DNA of 64,000 bases, from positions 13,197-77,196 of the forward strand of contig CAYPNO010000001.1 of NCBI GenBank assembly GCA_964411865.1. Direction: 5' to 3'. This DNA comes from an uncultured Desulfuromonas sp. GTDB lineage: Bacteria; Desulfobacterota; Desulfuromonadia; Desulfuromonadales; Desulfuromonadaceae. The notes under the pieces were generated by a model. It did no database searches, had not been told where the DNA came from, and saw only the letters and a list, made by a program, of their open reading frames with translations. Numbering within the stretch: position 1 is the stretch's first letter; each line of letters begins with the position of its first letter. The position numbers and the translations under genes are program-made. This document shows positions 20,887 through 32,224 of the stretch, one piece after another.

Positions 20887-21269
20887 CGTTCAATATACGT
20901 CTACATAAAAGTTATAGGCACAAGGAGCTTTGCTTTATTTTGGCCATATTGAAAATTGATAAGTTAACTCCAGGAATGGTGTTAGCCGAAAATATTAGAA
21001 GCAAAACCGGTCGCTTGTTGATATCACAAGGGGTGGAACTGACCGAGCAGAACTTGCTGGTAATGCGAACCTGGGGCATTAAAGAGGTGCAAGTTACCAT
21101 CGAGAACAATGATAATTCAGTTGAAGATTGCTCACCAGAAGCAACAGCCAAGCTAGAAAAAGCTCTCAATGGTCTGCGCCCATTGTTCAGGGATATTGAC
21201 CTAAATCATCCAGCAATCAAAGAATTATTGCGGCTTGCAGCGCAGAAGAAAGTGCTCAGTGATGAATAG
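20883..21269 (+). CDS. Small hypothetical regulatory protein (start uncertain)
   Basis: KIDKLTPGMVLAENIRSKTGRLLISQGVELTEQNLLVMRTWGIKEV resembles the N-terminal module seen in front of HD-GYP/HDOD regulators (from memory). Begins with TTG in the track. An internal AAGGAG at about 20922 suggests a shorter product. Confidence 0.5.
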   Translation: MTFNIRLHKSYRHKELCFILAILKIDKLTPGMVLAENIRSKTGRLLISQGVELTEQNLLVMRTWGIKEVQVTIENNDNSVEDCSPEATAKLEKALNGLRPLFRDIDLNHPAIKELLRLAAQKKVLSDE

Positions 21270-22119
21270 CTCTCTGCCATCAATGCAACAACTGGTCACC
21301 CAAACGAGCAGTATCTGTTCACCCCCATTGATCTATCATCGGCTTAATACAAAGATTGCTGATCCGTGTAGTTCGGTTAAAGATATTGGGCAGATTATTG
21401 CTGACGATCCAGGCTTGACGGTTAGACTTCTGAAACTAGCAAACAGTCCTTTATATGGGCTACAAAAGGTTGAATCAATTGACCGAGCAATTACTTTAAT
21501 AGGCACTCGTGAACTGCGAGACCTTGCATTGGCAGTTTCAACGATGGAATCATTTCCAGGCATACCCGCTGAACTACTTGATATGACCAAGTTCTGGCAG
21601 CACAGCATTGCTTGCGGCATTATAGCACGCAACCTAGCGATCTATCAGCGCGAGCTTTCGACTGAACGTTTTTTCGTCGCTGGCATTCTTCACGATCTGG
21701 GTCAACTAGTAATTTGCAAGCTGTTGCCCGAAATTGTCACTAAGCTCATAGCAGATTGCAAAGCAAAGAGGCTCCCCTATCCACAGGCTGAGAAGAATCA
21801 TTTAGGTTTTAATCATGCGGAACTCGGAGCAGCATTGCTTGATTCTTGGAAAATCCCCAAGAACATAGCTGAGCCAGTCGCCTGCCATCACACACCTCTA
21901 GAAGCCAAAAACTTTCAGCGTGAAGCCGCAATCATTCATCTTGCAGATATCATTTGTCAGTCCCTTGGTTACGGAGCCAGCGATGAATTCTATGTAACAC
22001 CGTTTGATACCGAAGCCTGGAGAATTCTCAATATTCCTATTGGAGCATTAGAGGAAGTGATTTTTCATTCTGAAGATCAGATCAGCTCTACTTACCAAAT
22101 TATGACAGTTAAAAAATGA
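21262..22119 (+). CDS. HDOD-domain signalling protein
   Basis: [25 protein letters not shown]...[18 protein letters not shown] plus HD-like GILHDLG. Trimmed to the ATG at 21262, overlapping the previous stop. Confidence 0.85.
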   Translation: MNSSLPSMQQLVTQTSSICSPPLIYHRLNTKIADPCSSVKDIGQIIADDPGLTVRLLKLANSPLYGLQKVESIDRAITLIGTRELRDLALAVSTMESFPGIPAELLDMTKFWQHSIACGIIARNLAIYQRELSTERFFVAGILHDLGQLVICKLLPEIVTKLIADCKAKRLPYPQAEKNHLGFNHAELGAALLDSWKIPKNIAEPVACHHTPLEAKNFQREAAIIHLADIICQSLGYGASDEFYVTPFDTEAWRILNIPIGALEEVIFHSEDQISSTYQIMTVKK

Positions 22120-24713
22120 GTATTGACTTGCTCAGAACAGATCGGAAATATGCTAAAGAGCGCATTGAATTCCTTGAAAAAAGCAATCGTAGCTATGTTG
22201 CAATTCTCGATATGCTGGCAGGTTGCGGTGATTTCCACTCTAATCTTAGTCGGGCTAAAAGCACCGAAGACATTTTCTCAGCCACCGAAGCCCAAATAGG
22301 CCAAATTCTAGACTGCGAACAGATGGGATTTCTGGAATCATTGGATGATGGCAGCTTTAAACTCATCACCTGCAAGCCAGAAAGCAGTCGCCAGAGTTTG
22401 CAGCAAGAGATTGATCGGAGAATTTCAGATGGCACTTTTGCTTGGGCACTCAATTACAATCAGGCTCAGCTAAAGCCACTTTCAAGCAGCCGAACTCTCT
22501 TGCTTCATGTCGTTGAAACTAGTTCTAGAGTCCGAGGCATGTACGTTGCTGTTCTTTCACAGAGTACTGATGACGTTGACACTGCCACCCTACGCGGATT
22601 ATCTATTGTCCTCTATACCAGTGCCTACGCTCTAGAAAACAAAGTTCTATATGATTTGCTTAAAAGGCAACTGAGTAACCTTGCAAAAGAAGTTGATGAT
22701 CGTACCCGTGATTTAGAAATTGCCAGGGAGATAGCTGAGAGTGCTAATCAAGCCAAGACTGATTTTCTGGCTAATATGAGTCATGAAATCCGTACGCCGA
22801 TGAATGGTGTCCTAGGAATGACAGATTTGTTACTTGATACAGAACTCAGTACGGAACAGCGTCGTTACACAACAACTGTTAAGAGTAGTGCCACTGCCCT
22901 GCTTGAATTAATTAATGACATTCTTGATGTGTCTAAAATTGAGGCAGGGAAAATGGATCTAGAACAGGTAGATTTTGATCTTTACAGCCTTTTAGAGGAT
23001 TTTTACACCCTGATTGCGCTGCGTGCACATGATAAAAAACTAGAGCTAATATGTAACGTTTCACCGGAAGTTCCACAGCTTTTATCTGGTGACAAGGGTC
23101 GGTTCCGCCAGATTCTACATAACCTCGTCGGAAATTCAATTAAGTTTACCTCTGAAGGACAGATTGAGGTCAACATTGAGGTGCTTAAGGACGAAGGTGA
23201 TACTGTGCTGCTTAAGATTCGAGTGCTTGACAGCGGTCTTGGCATCCCTCAAGAAAAACAAGCTCTAATGTTCCAAAAGTTTTCTCAGGTTGATTCTTCT
23301 GTTGCACGTAAATTTGGTGGCACCGGTTTAGGCTTAGTCATTTCAAAGTTGCTCACAGAAATGATGGGCGGCAAAATCGGTTTTTATAGTGATGGAAAAC
23401 ATGGGGCAGAATTCTGGTTTACAGCACGTTTTACACTGCAATCAAATGCTTCTACGTGCCAGAATATCCCTCAAACTCTTACAAATAAGCACATATTAGT
23501 GGTAGACGCTAACCAGTTCAGCCGCGCTCAAATTACTCGAGACTGCCTCGCAGGAGGGGCTCAAGTCACTACTGCAGAAAGTGCACAAGTAGCACTGAAG
23601 ACTCTTTATCAAGCCAGTGCCTCTAGCAAATATTATGACCTGGTTCTAATTGATCAACATCTACCCGGAATAGTTGCACGTGATTTAGGGCAGATCATTC
23701 AGGCTGATGCAGAATTAAGTAGAAGCATTCTCATACTAATGGCTAGAATTGGTCAGCCTCTCAATTTAAGCGAACTGAAACAATGCGGATTTTTTTCAAT
23801 ATTATACAAACCGCTCCTGCGTCCCAGTCTACTCTTTCACCTTGAAAGGGTCCTCCAAGGTGAAAGTGACTTTAAAATAGATCTGGTACAAGCAAAACAA
23901 AGCTTCCAGCAACGCCCGCTCCTAAACGTGCGCATATTGCTTGCAGAAGACAATACTACGAATCAACAGGTTGCCAGTAGGATTCTCAGAAAATTGGGAT
24001 TTCAAGCAGATATAGCTAATAATGGTAAGGAAGCCCTCAATGCATTATCGCACACACCGTATGATTTAGTATTAATGGATATACAAATGCCAGAGATTGA
24101 TGGGATTGAGGCAACCAGGCAGATTCGTAGTCCTAATTCGAAAGTTCTTAATCACGACATACCGGTGATCGCCATGACCGCCCACGCTTTTGGAAGTGAT
24201 CAGAAACGTTGTCTGGATGCTGGGATGAATGACTATACCACCAAACCAATTGTTGCTACCACATTAGAAGCAGTAATTCTTAAATGGCTACCTCATGCAG
24301 TAACGCCACTGTATGAGAATGAAGACACTGAGCAGAAGATTCCTTCAACAGAAAAACAAGAACTGCGTAACAACTTAGAGATTTTTGATAAAACAGGTTT
24401 TTTACAACGAATGATGGGTGATAATGACATGGCCGATCTTATTTTAGATGAATTTCTTGACGATATCCCAGAGCAAATTTCACTGTTAAGATCTCAGGTT
24501 GAACGTGGAAAAACTGCGGCAGCAGGAAACCAAGCACATAAAATTAAAGGCGCAGCATCAAATATCAGTGGAATAAAGCTTGTGGAGATCGCTTCGAGTA
24601 TGGAAATGGCTGGAGCTTCCGATCAACAATACTTATTAGACAGGTTACTACCAGAGTTGGAACGAGAGTTTATTCTATTGAAAAAAGCCATTAAAGAACC
24701 TACACTGCAATAA
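22116..24713 (+). CDS. Hybrid sensor histidine kinase (N-terminal sensory region, HisKA, HATPase, two REC, C-terminal Hpt)
   Basis: H-box [17 protein letters not shown]-boxes DSGLGIP/GGTGLGL, REC (LLAEDNTTN...[13 protein letters not shown]), Hpt ([14 protein letters not shown]). No TM segments are obvious. Confidence 0.92.
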   Translation: MSIDLLRTDRKYAKERIEFLEKSNRSYVAILDMLAGCGDFHSNLSRAKSTEDIFSATEAQIGQILDCEQMGFLESLDDGSFKLITCKPESSRQSLQQEIDRRISDGTFAWALNYNQAQLKPLSSSRTLLLHVVETSSRVRGMYVAVLSQSTDDVDTATLRGLSIVLYTSAYALENKVLYDLLKRQLSNLAKEVDDRTRDLEIAREIAESANQAKTDFLANMSHEIRTPMNGVLGMTDLLLDTELSTEQRRYTTTVKSSATALLELINDILDVSKIEAGKMDLEQVDFDLYSLLEDFYTLIALRAHDKKLELICNVSPEVPQLLSGDKGRFRQILHNLVGNSIKFTSEGQIEVNIEVLKDEGDTVLLKIRVLDSGLGIPQEKQALMFQKFSQVDSSVARKFGGTGLGLVISKLLTEMMGGKIGFYSDGKHGAEFWFTARFTLQSNASTCQNIPQTLTNKHILVVDANQFSRAQITRDCLAGGAQVTTAESAQVALKTLYQASASSKYYDLVLIDQHLPGIVARDLGQIIQADAELSRSILILMARIGQPLNLSELKQCGFFSILYKPLLRPSLLFHLERVLQGESDFKIDLVQAKQSFQQRPLLNVRILLAEDNTTNQQVASRILRKLGFQADIANNGKEALNALSHTPYDLVLMDIQMPEIDGIEATRQIRSPNSKVLNHDIPVIAMTAHAFGSDQKRCLDAGMNDYTTKPIVATTLEAVILKWLPHAVTPLYENEDTEQKIPSTEKQELRNNLEIFDKTGFLQRMMGDNDMADLILDEFLDDIPEQISLLRSQVERGKTAAAGNQAHKIKGAASNISGIKLVEIASSMEMAGASDQQYLLDRLLPELEREFILLKKAIKEPTLQ

Positions 24714-24752
24714 GCGTGGTGTTCGTACCTGCTACCTATATGGAGGGTTACA

Positions 24753-25157
24753 ATGTCGTCTATCAAAACCCTGATTGTTGAAGATGAATTTACCAGTCGC
24801 CTACTTCTACAGATGACCTTGGAACGTTACGGGGATGTGCATATCGCAACGAATGGTCGCGAAGCGATCGAAGCTGTACACATGGCACTAGAACTTGACA
24901 CACCTTATAATTTAATCTGCTTAGATATGAAAATGCCGATGATGAATGGGCACGACGCACTCAAGGCTATTCGAGAGCTAGAAACCAATGCTGGAATCAT
25001 CCCGGGCAGGGGCGCTAAAATCATAATGACCACTTCAGTGAATGATGGTAAAAGCATCATGTCTGCCTTTAAAGAACAATGCGATGGCTATATGATCAAA
25101 CCTATTGATCGTGAAAAATTACTGCAGCACTTACAAGATTTCAAGCTTATTGATTAA
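24753..25157 (+). CDS. Single-domain response regulator (CheY-like)
   Basis: 134 aa with LIVEDEF...LICLDMKMPMMNG...KP. Receiver domain only. Confidence 0.9.
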   Translation: MSSIKTLIVEDEFTSRLLLQMTLERYGDVHIATNGREAIEAVHMALELDTPYNLICLDMKMPMMNGHDALKAIRELETNAGIIPGRGAKIIMTTSVNDGKSIMSAFKEQCDGYMIKPIDREKLLQHLQDFKLID

Positions 25158-25552
25158 GTTTATTTGGCCCAGGTCATGCCATGAACAATTTAAGACATCT
25201 ATTAATCCGAGCACCTATACGGCATCTTACCCATCCCAGCTGAAACTTGAGACGAAACATCATCCTTGTATTGTTATGTTGTGCGTATGCACTCGAGCAC
25301 AATTTGCATGACCTCAGCTACAACCAAGTCTTTGATGTAGGTGGCTGAAAAAAGCACAAAGCTTAAAACATCATACAATTTGTCCATCCCATAACATCAA
25401 ATGAACACCTCTAGTGCATAAAAGCACCCACCTTCACTCACTCTCTTCAGTACGACTGAATTAAGTATTTTACCTATGCGCCAATATGGGATAATATAAA
25501 GGATTATTTACCTAGAAGTGATCTTTTAACCATATAAGAAGGAGTATGTTCA

Positions 25553-27034
25553 ATGGGACAAAACTATTTTAACACCTTACCCATGCGGCGACAGCTTGAA
25601 GAGCTTGGTACCTGTCGCTTTATGGGCGGAGATGAATTCAGCAATGGCTGCGATTATGTCAAACACAAAAAGATTGTCATTGTCGGCTGCGGCGCCCAAG
25701 GGCTCAATCAGGGGCTCAACATGCGTGATAGCGGCCTTAATGTATCGTATACGCTACGCAAAGAAGCTATCAAAGAACAACGCCAGTCCTATAAAAATGC
25801 AGTAGAAAACAATTTCAAGGTTGGCAGCTACGAAGAGTTATTACCTCAGGCAGATATTGTAATGAACCTAGCTCCTGACAAGCAACACACCGATGTTGTC
25901 AATACGGTGGTTCCATTGATGAAACAGGGCGCTGTATTCAGTTATGCGCATGGGTTCAATATCGTTGAAGAAGGAACTCAAATCCGCGACGACCTCACTG
26001 TAATCATGGTTGCCCCTAAGTGCCCAGGCTCTGAAGTTCGCGCAGAATATACGCGTGGGTTCGGGGTACCTACCCTTATTGCCGTTCATCGCGAGAATGA
26101 CCCTAAAGGTGACGGTCTCGAAATTGCTAAGGCCCTCTGTTCTGCCCAAGGTGGTGATCGCGCCGGTGTGCTTGAATCTTCATTTGTTGCTGAAGTAAAG
26201 TCAGACCTTATGGGGGAACAAACCATACTATGTGGCATGCTGCAAACCGGTTCGTTATTGTGCTTCGATAAAATGGTAAAAGAAGGTATAGACCCAGGTT
26301 ATGCTGCTAAACTAGTCCAATATGGCTGGGAAACTATCACAGAGGCCTTAAAACAAGGCGGCATCACAAATATGCTGGATCGGCTTTCCAACCCAGCTAA
26401 GATCCGTGCCTTTGTACTGGCCGACGATCTCAAAGAAATTATGCGTCCGTTATTTCAACAGCATATGGACGACATTATAACCGGTAAGTTTTCTGCTACC
26501 ATGATGCAAGACTGGGCGAATGACGATAAAGACCTGCTACGCTGGCGTGAAGAAACCGGTCAGTCCGCTTTCGAGCAAACAGAAGCTAGTGGGGAAATAA
26601 GCGAGCAAGAGTACTTTGATAAAGGGATCCTGATGATAGCCATGGTCAAGGCAGGGGTAGAGCTAGCCTTTGAATCTATGTTGGAAGTAGGCATCGAGCC
26701 TGAATCAGCCTACTATGAATCTTTGCACGAAACCCCCCTTATTGCTAACACCATTGCCCGTAAAAAGCTTTACGAAATGAACCGTATAATCTCAGATACG
26801 GCCGAATATGGTTGTTATTTATTTGCTCATGCTTGCGTACCGCTCTTACACGATTTCATGGATGACATCGCAACTGACGTCATAGGTAAGGGGCTTGACA
26901 GCGAAGATGCCGGCGTGGATAACAAAACACTAGTGTGCATTAATGGCGCAATTCGGGATCATTTTATCGAAGATATTGGTGCAGAACTGCGCGCAGCCAT
27001 GTGTGGAATGCAGGCCATTAGCCATCAGAACTAA
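25553..27034 (+). CDS. ilvC: Ketol-acid reductoisomerase, long class II form
   Basis: 493 aa. The N-terminus [29 protein letters not shown]...[21 protein letters not shown] closely parallels E. coli IlvC as I recall it. Confidence 0.95.
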   Translation: MGQNYFNTLPMRRQLEELGTCRFMGGDEFSNGCDYVKHKKIVIVGCGAQGLNQGLNMRDSGLNVSYTLRKEAIKEQRQSYKNAVENNFKVGSYEELLPQADIVMNLAPDKQHTDVVNTVVPLMKQGAVFSYAHGFNIVEEGTQIRDDLTVIMVAPKCPGSEVRAEYTRGFGVPTLIAVHRENDPKGDGLEIAKALCSAQGGDRAGVLESSFVAEVKSDLMGEQTILCGMLQTGSLLCFDKMVKEGIDPGYAAKLVQYGWETITEALKQGGITNMLDRLSNPAKIRAFVLADDLKEIMRPLFQQHMDDIITGKFSATMMQDWANDDKDLLRWREETGQSAFEQTEASGEISEQEYFDKGILMIAMVKAGVELAFESMLEVGIEPESAYYESLHETPLIANTIARKKLYEMNRIISDTAEYGCYLFAHACVPLLHDFMDDIATDVIGKGLDSEDAGVDNKTLVCINGAIRDHFIEDIGAELRAAMCGMQAISHQN

Positions 27035-27081
27035 GGTGTGAAGGTCTAATCCGGCAGCCATCGGCTAATAATGTAACTAAT

Positions 27082-27120
27082 AGGAAGGGCCCGCTATGTA
27101 TAACAAGGCGGGCCCTTCCT
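27082..27120. terminator. Bidirectional terminator hairpin between convergent ilvC and nuoN
   Basis: Perfect 13-bp stem AGGAAGGGCCCGC / GCGGGCCCTTCCT (27082-27094 and 27108-27120). T-rich flank ATTCTTAATT. Confidence 0.75.
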
Positions 27121-27147
27121 ATTCTTAATTATGCAACAAGAACTTTT

Positions 27148-28566
27148 CTATAACAATAAAGCTACTGCCTCTTTCGCTGCTGACATAAACTCTTGCGGCA
27201 ATACACCAATAAGAATTATTGCAAGGATAAAGAACACCCCTAAAGCTTTCGAGCCAATCGGCATCAGAATAGGATCTTTATCGTCATCTGCCCCACAATA
27301 CGCTGCACGTGCCATCTTTAAGTAGTAAAACATTGCTATTGCAGCATTAATAACCCCAATAATTACTAAAGCATAAAAACCTTTATTTATAGCTCCAGTA
27401 AAGACCACAAACTTACCTACAAAACCTATAGTCGGTGGTATTCCAGCCATACCAAAAGCCGACACCAACAAGGTCATTGCAAGCAATGGCGATCGACGAG
27501 ATAGTCCTTTGAGATCATCGAAGCTTACATTTTGTCCCTCCGGTGCAATATTATAAATAACGTAGAAGCATCCTAGATTCATGAGTAAATAACCGATGAT
27601 GTAGAATACTGCAGCAGCCATACCTAAGAGATCCGCTGTAAGAATACCAAGCATCACATAACCAGCATGAGCGATACTGGAATATGCAAGCAAACGCTTA
27701 AGATCGTGCTGAACCAAAGCAGTCAGGTTGCCAAAGGTCATTGACAGCACTGCAAAGGAAGCAAGCACCCATGTATACTGAGTTATATCCGCACCAGCGA
27801 CAGCAACAAGTCGCAGTAACAGCAGAACAGCTCCTACTTTTGGAAGGGTTGCTATAATACTTGTAGTTTCATTTGCTGCACCCTGATACACCTCAGGCGT
27901 CCAGAAATGCATGGGAAACATCGCCAGCTTATACAGAAAACATATCAACACAAGTATCATGGCAAAAACTGCCAGAGGTTGTGTTGCAACCAATGAAGGT
28001 ACTACTACTGCAAGTTCATTTAGATAAGTCGTATGGGCAAGCCCAAAGATATAACCCATACCGTACAAAGTCAGTCCAGTTGCGATTGCGCCAAACATTA
28101 TATACTTGATACAAGCTTCCGCAGACAAGCGTCCTTGACCCTGACGGAAGGGAATTACCACATATAAAGCGAATGAGGAGATTTCAAGACTTAGAAGTAT
28201 GGCAAGCAACTCAACTGAACTGCTAAGAAAAACCAAACCCAAAGCACTTATCCCCAGAAACATATTGTATTCAGCATGTAACTTGGACTCGATTCCAACC
28301 AACCCACGCCCTAGGGCATAAACTAGAAACAAACCGCTTAGGATAATAATCTTGAATAACTGCGAGAGCGCATCGACCTGATACGCATCGAAAAACAGTA
28401 ATCCATTAGCGCCATAGCTAGCAACTGCCGCCACCAGCACAACCGCTGACATAACGAGAGTAACCCCTTGGATCACTCCAGTGCGTAACTTGCCCAAGGT
28501 CATGAAGAACAAAACCAGGACCATTAACATCAGAGCCATTTCTGGCATAAAAACTGTGTTTAGCAT
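27148..28566 (-). CDS. nuoN: NADH-quinone oxidoreductase-like subunit N
   Basis: 472 aa polytopic protein with HFWTPEVYQGAANETTSIIATLPKVG (NuoN-type motif). Last gene of the operon. Confidence 0.88.
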   Translation of the reverse strand: MLNTVFMPEMALMLMVLVLFFMTLGKLRTGVIQGVTLVMSAVVLVAAVASYGANGLLFFDAYQVDALSQLFKIIILSGLFLVYALGRGLVGIESKLHAEYNMFLGISALGLVFLSSSVELLAILLSLEISSFALYVVIPFRQGQGRLSAEACIKYIMFGAIATGLTLYGMGYIFGLAHTTYLNELAVVVPSLVATQPLAVFAMILVLICFLYKLAMFPMHFWTPEVYQGAANETTSIIATLPKVGAVLLLLRLVAVAGADITQYTWVLASFAVLSMTFGNLTALVQHDLKRLLAYSSIAHAGYVMLGILTADLLGMAAAVFYIIGYLLMNLGCFYVIYNIAPEGQNVSFDDLKGLSRRSPLLAMTLLVSAFGMAGIPPTIGFVGKFVVFTGAINKGFYALVIIGVINAAIAMFYYLKMARAAYCGADDDKDPILMPIGSKALGVFFILAIILIGVLPQEFMSAAKEAVALLL

Positions 28567-28585
28567 AATTGATCCGCTTCTTTGA

Positions 28586-30172
28586 TTAGAAACTTACGAT
28601 ACTTTTAATCCACGCACCTGCATCATGCAGCAACGCGTGGTGCCCACCCGTATGCGCCACCTCAGGAATAACACTGCCCGCTTCAACCTGACCGATCAGA
28701 TGAGCAACACTACTATCCATTACATCGAGCAGCGGCGTGGGGTGCAAGCCAATCCAGAATACAAACACGGTCAGAAAAGCCAACTGAACTATCTCACGTG
28801 CATTACAGTCTGCGATAACATGACCGTCGCTGTGATGCGCGTGACCATCAGAGTCATCCCATACCATTTTCTGCAGCAGCCGCAACATATATGCAGCTGC
28901 TAATATTGCTCCTGGAATAGCTAATGCACCTACCAGAGGGTACTTTTCAAATGCGCCGAACAACACCAAAAACTCCCCTACAAAGCTGTTTGTTCCAGGG
29001 AAAGCTAAAGATGAAAGCGAGAAAATACCGAGGAACGTAACATATATCGGCATAATCATGCCAAGCTTGCTATTGTCACTTATTTCACGACTATGAGTAC
29101 GCTCGTAGATCAAGCCTATCAAAATAAACAATGCTCCAGTGGTTACCCCGTGGTTAATCATCTGCAACATGGCACCTTTAATACCACCGGTGTTGAGAAG
29201 AAATATTCCCAAGGTTACGAATCCCATATGGCCAACTGAAGAGTACGCTATCAACTTCTTAATGTCAGACTGCCCAAGCGCCAAGTAGCCACCAACAATA
29301 ATGCTAACTATCGACATACCAAGTAGGATTGGCACACAATAGTATGTAGCTGCCGGAGTTATAGGGAGGCAGAAACGTAAAAACCCATACCCACCCATTT
29401 TTAACAGGATGCTAGCAAGAATGACCGAGCCGGCGGTAGGTGCCTGCACGTGTGCTGCCGGCAGCCAAGTATGAAACGGAAACATGGGCATTTTGATAGC
29501 AAATCCCAATGCACATGCGATAAACACCCACATCTGGAATGAAAAGCTATAAGTGTGGGTCATCAATTCAGGAATGAAGAATGTTCCCGTATTGATGTAC
29601 AGCGCAATAATAGAGACCAGCAAGAAGATACTGCCTGCAAAAGTATACAAGAAAAATTTGATCGAAGCGTAGTCTTTACGATCACCACCCCAGATAGCGA
29701 TGATGAGGTACATCGGGACCAGCATCCCTTCCCAGAATATATAAAAAAGTACAGTGTTCAGGCTCATAAACACGCCTATCATAGCTGCTTCCATCAAGAG
29801 CATAACAACCATGAATTCTTTGACGCGTGTCTTTATATATGTCCAGGAGCACAATACGCACAGTGGCATAACAAAGGTAGTAAGCAGCACAAGTAGAACA
29901 CTGATACCATCTACACCTAAGACATAATCGAGGTTCAGATCAGGAAACCAGCGACGCAACTCAACAAACTGGTATTTGGCTGTAGTCCGGTCAAAACGAG
30001 TCCATAAAGGGATGGAAATCAGAGCTGTAAGCATCGTTACAGCGAGACTCCAGTATTTGAGCAAGGTCTCGCCACGTAAAAACATAGCGATTACAGCCCC
30101 GACTACCGGTACAATCAATAACATTGAAAGTACCGGGTAATTCAACGTGTTCAGTATAAGATACTTTTCCAT
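28586..30172 (-). CDS. nuoM: NADH-quinone oxidoreductase-like subunit M
   Basis: 528 aa with HTWLPAAHVQAPTAGSVILASILLKMGGYG (NuoM-type motif). Confidence 0.9.
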   Translation of the reverse strand: MEKYLILNTLNYPVLSMLLIVPVVGAVIAMFLRGETLLKYWSLAVTMLTALISIPLWTRFDRTTAKYQFVELRRWFPDLNLDYVLGVDGISVLLVLLTTFVMPLCVLCSWTYIKTRVKEFMVVMLLMEAAMIGVFMSLNTVLFYIFWEGMLVPMYLIIAIWGGDRKDYASIKFFLYTFAGSIFLLVSIIALYINTGTFFIPELMTHTYSFSFQMWVFIACALGFAIKMPMFPFHTWLPAAHVQAPTAGSVILASILLKMGGYGFLRFCLPITPAATYYCVPILLGMSIVSIIVGGYLALGQSDIKKLIAYSSVGHMGFVTLGIFLLNTGGIKGAMLQMINHGVTTGALFILIGLIYERTHSREISDNSKLGMIMPIYVTFLGIFSLSSLAFPGTNSFVGEFLVLFGAFEKYPLVGALAIPGAILAAAYMLRLLQKMVWDDSDGHAHHSDGHVIADCNAREIVQLAFLTVFVFWIGLHPTPLLDVMDSSVAHLIGQVEAGSVIPEVAHTGGHHALLHDAGAWIKSIVSF

Positions 30173-30219
30173 GACTTCCTACTGTCTCGAATGAGTTAAT
30201 GCGTATGGCTTGAAAACTA

Positions 30220-31986
30220 TCACACCAATACAACAACAATCAGAACCACGAACACCACCCCAACCGCTGCCCCAATGTATTGTTGCAGTTTACCGGTCTG
30301 TAATTGTCGGGTCTGCTCACCAGCTTTAACCACTCCTTTAGCGCTACCATCAAGAGCCCAGTCAATTCCCTCCCAATCAAACCAGGAAAGTGCTCGCGCG
30401 GTGGCCATAGTAAAACGCAGACCTACATTCTGATACACGTTACTTACCCACTCATTGGCTGCATTAATCGGTTTCTTAGCTATCCACATGAAACCAAGCG
30501 CACCTTTACGGTAAAACCAGTCCAGATCCAGATTAGATACGTCGTGGGGCTTAAGATATTTAACCATGATATAAAAGCCTAAACTAGTAAAACCAAGCAA
30601 ATGGAAGGTTTCTGTAAGGTGGTAGGCATTGTAAGGATGGTAGTCCACCGCATATGGCAGCATATTATACAAGTAATCAGGATAGATTCCGAGAAAGATG
30701 CACATGAATGCAGCCATGAACATCCCGACTTGCATATTCCAGTGCGCTTCTTTAGGTTTAATCCCTGGATCATTAGGGCCGAACCAGATGAAGTACGGCA
30801 ATTTTATCCCAACGGACAAGAAAGTACCTACAGCTGCCAAGGAAAGCATTAGCATAATAACGGTCTGATGATCCGCACCTGCTGCAGAGATGATCATAGA
30901 TTTACTTACGAAACCACTGGTAAGAGGGAACCCGGAGATCGCAATGCCCCCAATAACCGTAAATACCAGCGAAAGTGGCATATATTTATACAAACCGCCA
31001 AGTTCACTCAACTTTGAGCGTCCTGTCATCTCAAGAACACTGCCCACACCCATGAAAAGTAACGCTTTATAGAGAATATGCGCATACGCGTGCGCACAAG
31101 CCCCGTTGAGCGCCATATGAGTACCAATGCCAATACCACACACCATATACCCAACCTGACTGACAATATGATAAGCAAGTATTCTCCGCGCATCATTTTC
31201 AATAACAGCGTACCCAACCCCATACAGAGTCATGATGGCACCCATTATTGCCAACACTTCATATCCTGCAAAACCGCGTGCCAATACATAAACAGCTGTC
31301 TTTGTAGTGAACGCACACATAAATACCGCGCCGGTTACCGTAGCTTCTGGGTAGGCATCCGGTAGCCACGCATGTATTGGGGGAACAGCGGCATTTAACA
31401 TGAACCCTATCATGATAAGGTAATCGCCCAAAGTAGCGGTATCTGGGGCAATCAACTCAAAACTTAGATCATGCACATTCTGATAACGTAGGAATATGCC
31501 AGCCATCAGTATCAGACCGCCAACTACGTGCACCAGGAGATAACGATAGCCAGCCTCGATAGAACGTCTGCGCTTGCGATACCAAATCAGGAATACAGAG
31601 GCGAACGCCATCAGTTCCCAAAATACGAAAACAGTTAAGTAGTCGCCAGCTAAGGTCGTACCAAGCGATCCAGCAACATACAGCCAAGCTGCAGCATGCT
31701 GACCACTTTCCTTGACATGTAAGCCGAAAATACTACCTATCAAAGCCATCAAGGTGAATACATGAAGAAACACCATGGTTAACTGATCAACGCGCCCAAA
31801 CTGGAGCTTAAAGCCCATCCATTCGACAGTACCGAATGATGCTGGCAGGTATCTGATCTGTATAAAAGCCAGCAACGGCACCACTATCAACCAAATTTTT
31901 TGTGCGTTGAACTTTCTGAATAAGGGCAGCAGCAGCGCGCCGACAATAAATAGCGCCGCCGGGTGCATAAAGATACTACTTGTCAT
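30220..31986 (-). CDS. nuoL: NuoL-like antiporter subunit with C-terminal lateral helix and terminal TM
   Basis: Proton_antipo_M core (HAWLPDAYPEATVTGAVF). The C-terminus IDWALDGSAKGVVKAGEQTRQLQTGKLQQYIGAAVGVVFVVL matches the NuoL/Nqo12 HL-helix signature (IDG..NG...LR.LQTG....Y). Trimmed to the ATG at 31986, overlapping the upstream stop. Confidence 0.8.
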   Translation of the reverse strand: MTSSIFMHPAALFIVGALLLPLFRKFNAQKIWLIVVPLLAFIQIRYLPASFGTVEWMGFKLQFGRVDQLTMVFLHVFTLMALIGSIFGLHVKESGQHAAAWLYVAGSLGTTLAGDYLTVFVFWELMAFASVFLIWYRKRRRSIEAGYRYLLVHVVGGLILMAGIFLRYQNVHDLSFELIAPDTATLGDYLIMIGFMLNAAVPPIHAWLPDAYPEATVTGAVFMCAFTTKTAVYVLARGFAGYEVLAIMGAIMTLYGVGYAVIENDARRILAYHIVSQVGYMVCGIGIGTHMALNGACAHAYAHILYKALLFMGVGSVLEMTGRSKLSELGGLYKYMPLSLVFTVIGGIAISGFPLTSGFVSKSMIISAAGADHQTVIMLMLSLAAVGTFLSVGIKLPYFIWFGPNDPGIKPKEAHWNMQVGMFMAAFMCIFLGIYPDYLYNMLPYAVDYHPYNAYHLTETFHLLGFTSLGFYIMVKYLKPHDVSNLDLDWFYRKGALGFMWIAKKPINAANEWVSNVYQNVGLRFTMATARALSWFDWEGIDWALDGSAKGVVKAGEQTRQLQTGKLQQYIGAAVGVVFVVLIVVVLV

Positions 31987-32224
31987 AATGATCCGTGTCC
32001 CTCTCCAGCCATACGTGTGACAGCCCTTTGCAGAAAACAATCATTAGCAGACAGCCGAGCAGGCCAAATATCGCCCAGAAGCCTATGATATTATCCCCCC
32101 AGAAATGGGCTTCGCTCCGATCTGCAAAAAAATCAAATACTAGCGCAAACCCCAGATATGCGATAAAAATCCACTTCATCACAGCAGGGCGCTCGCGCAA
32201 ATACGTTATCATCTGTGCGATCAT
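31976..32224 (-). CDS. Small (82 aa) two-TM membrane protein of unknown function inside the nuo operon
   Basis: Hydrophobic segments WIFIAYLGFALVFDFF and IIGFWAIFGLLGCLLMIVF. Overlaps both neighbours (4 nt upstream, 11 nt downstream), which suggests translational coupling. Confidence 0.6.
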   Translation of the reverse strand: MIAQMITYLRERPAVMKWIFIAYLGFALVFDFFADRSEAHFWGDNIIGFWAIFGLLGCLLMIVFCKGLSHVWLERDTDHYDK

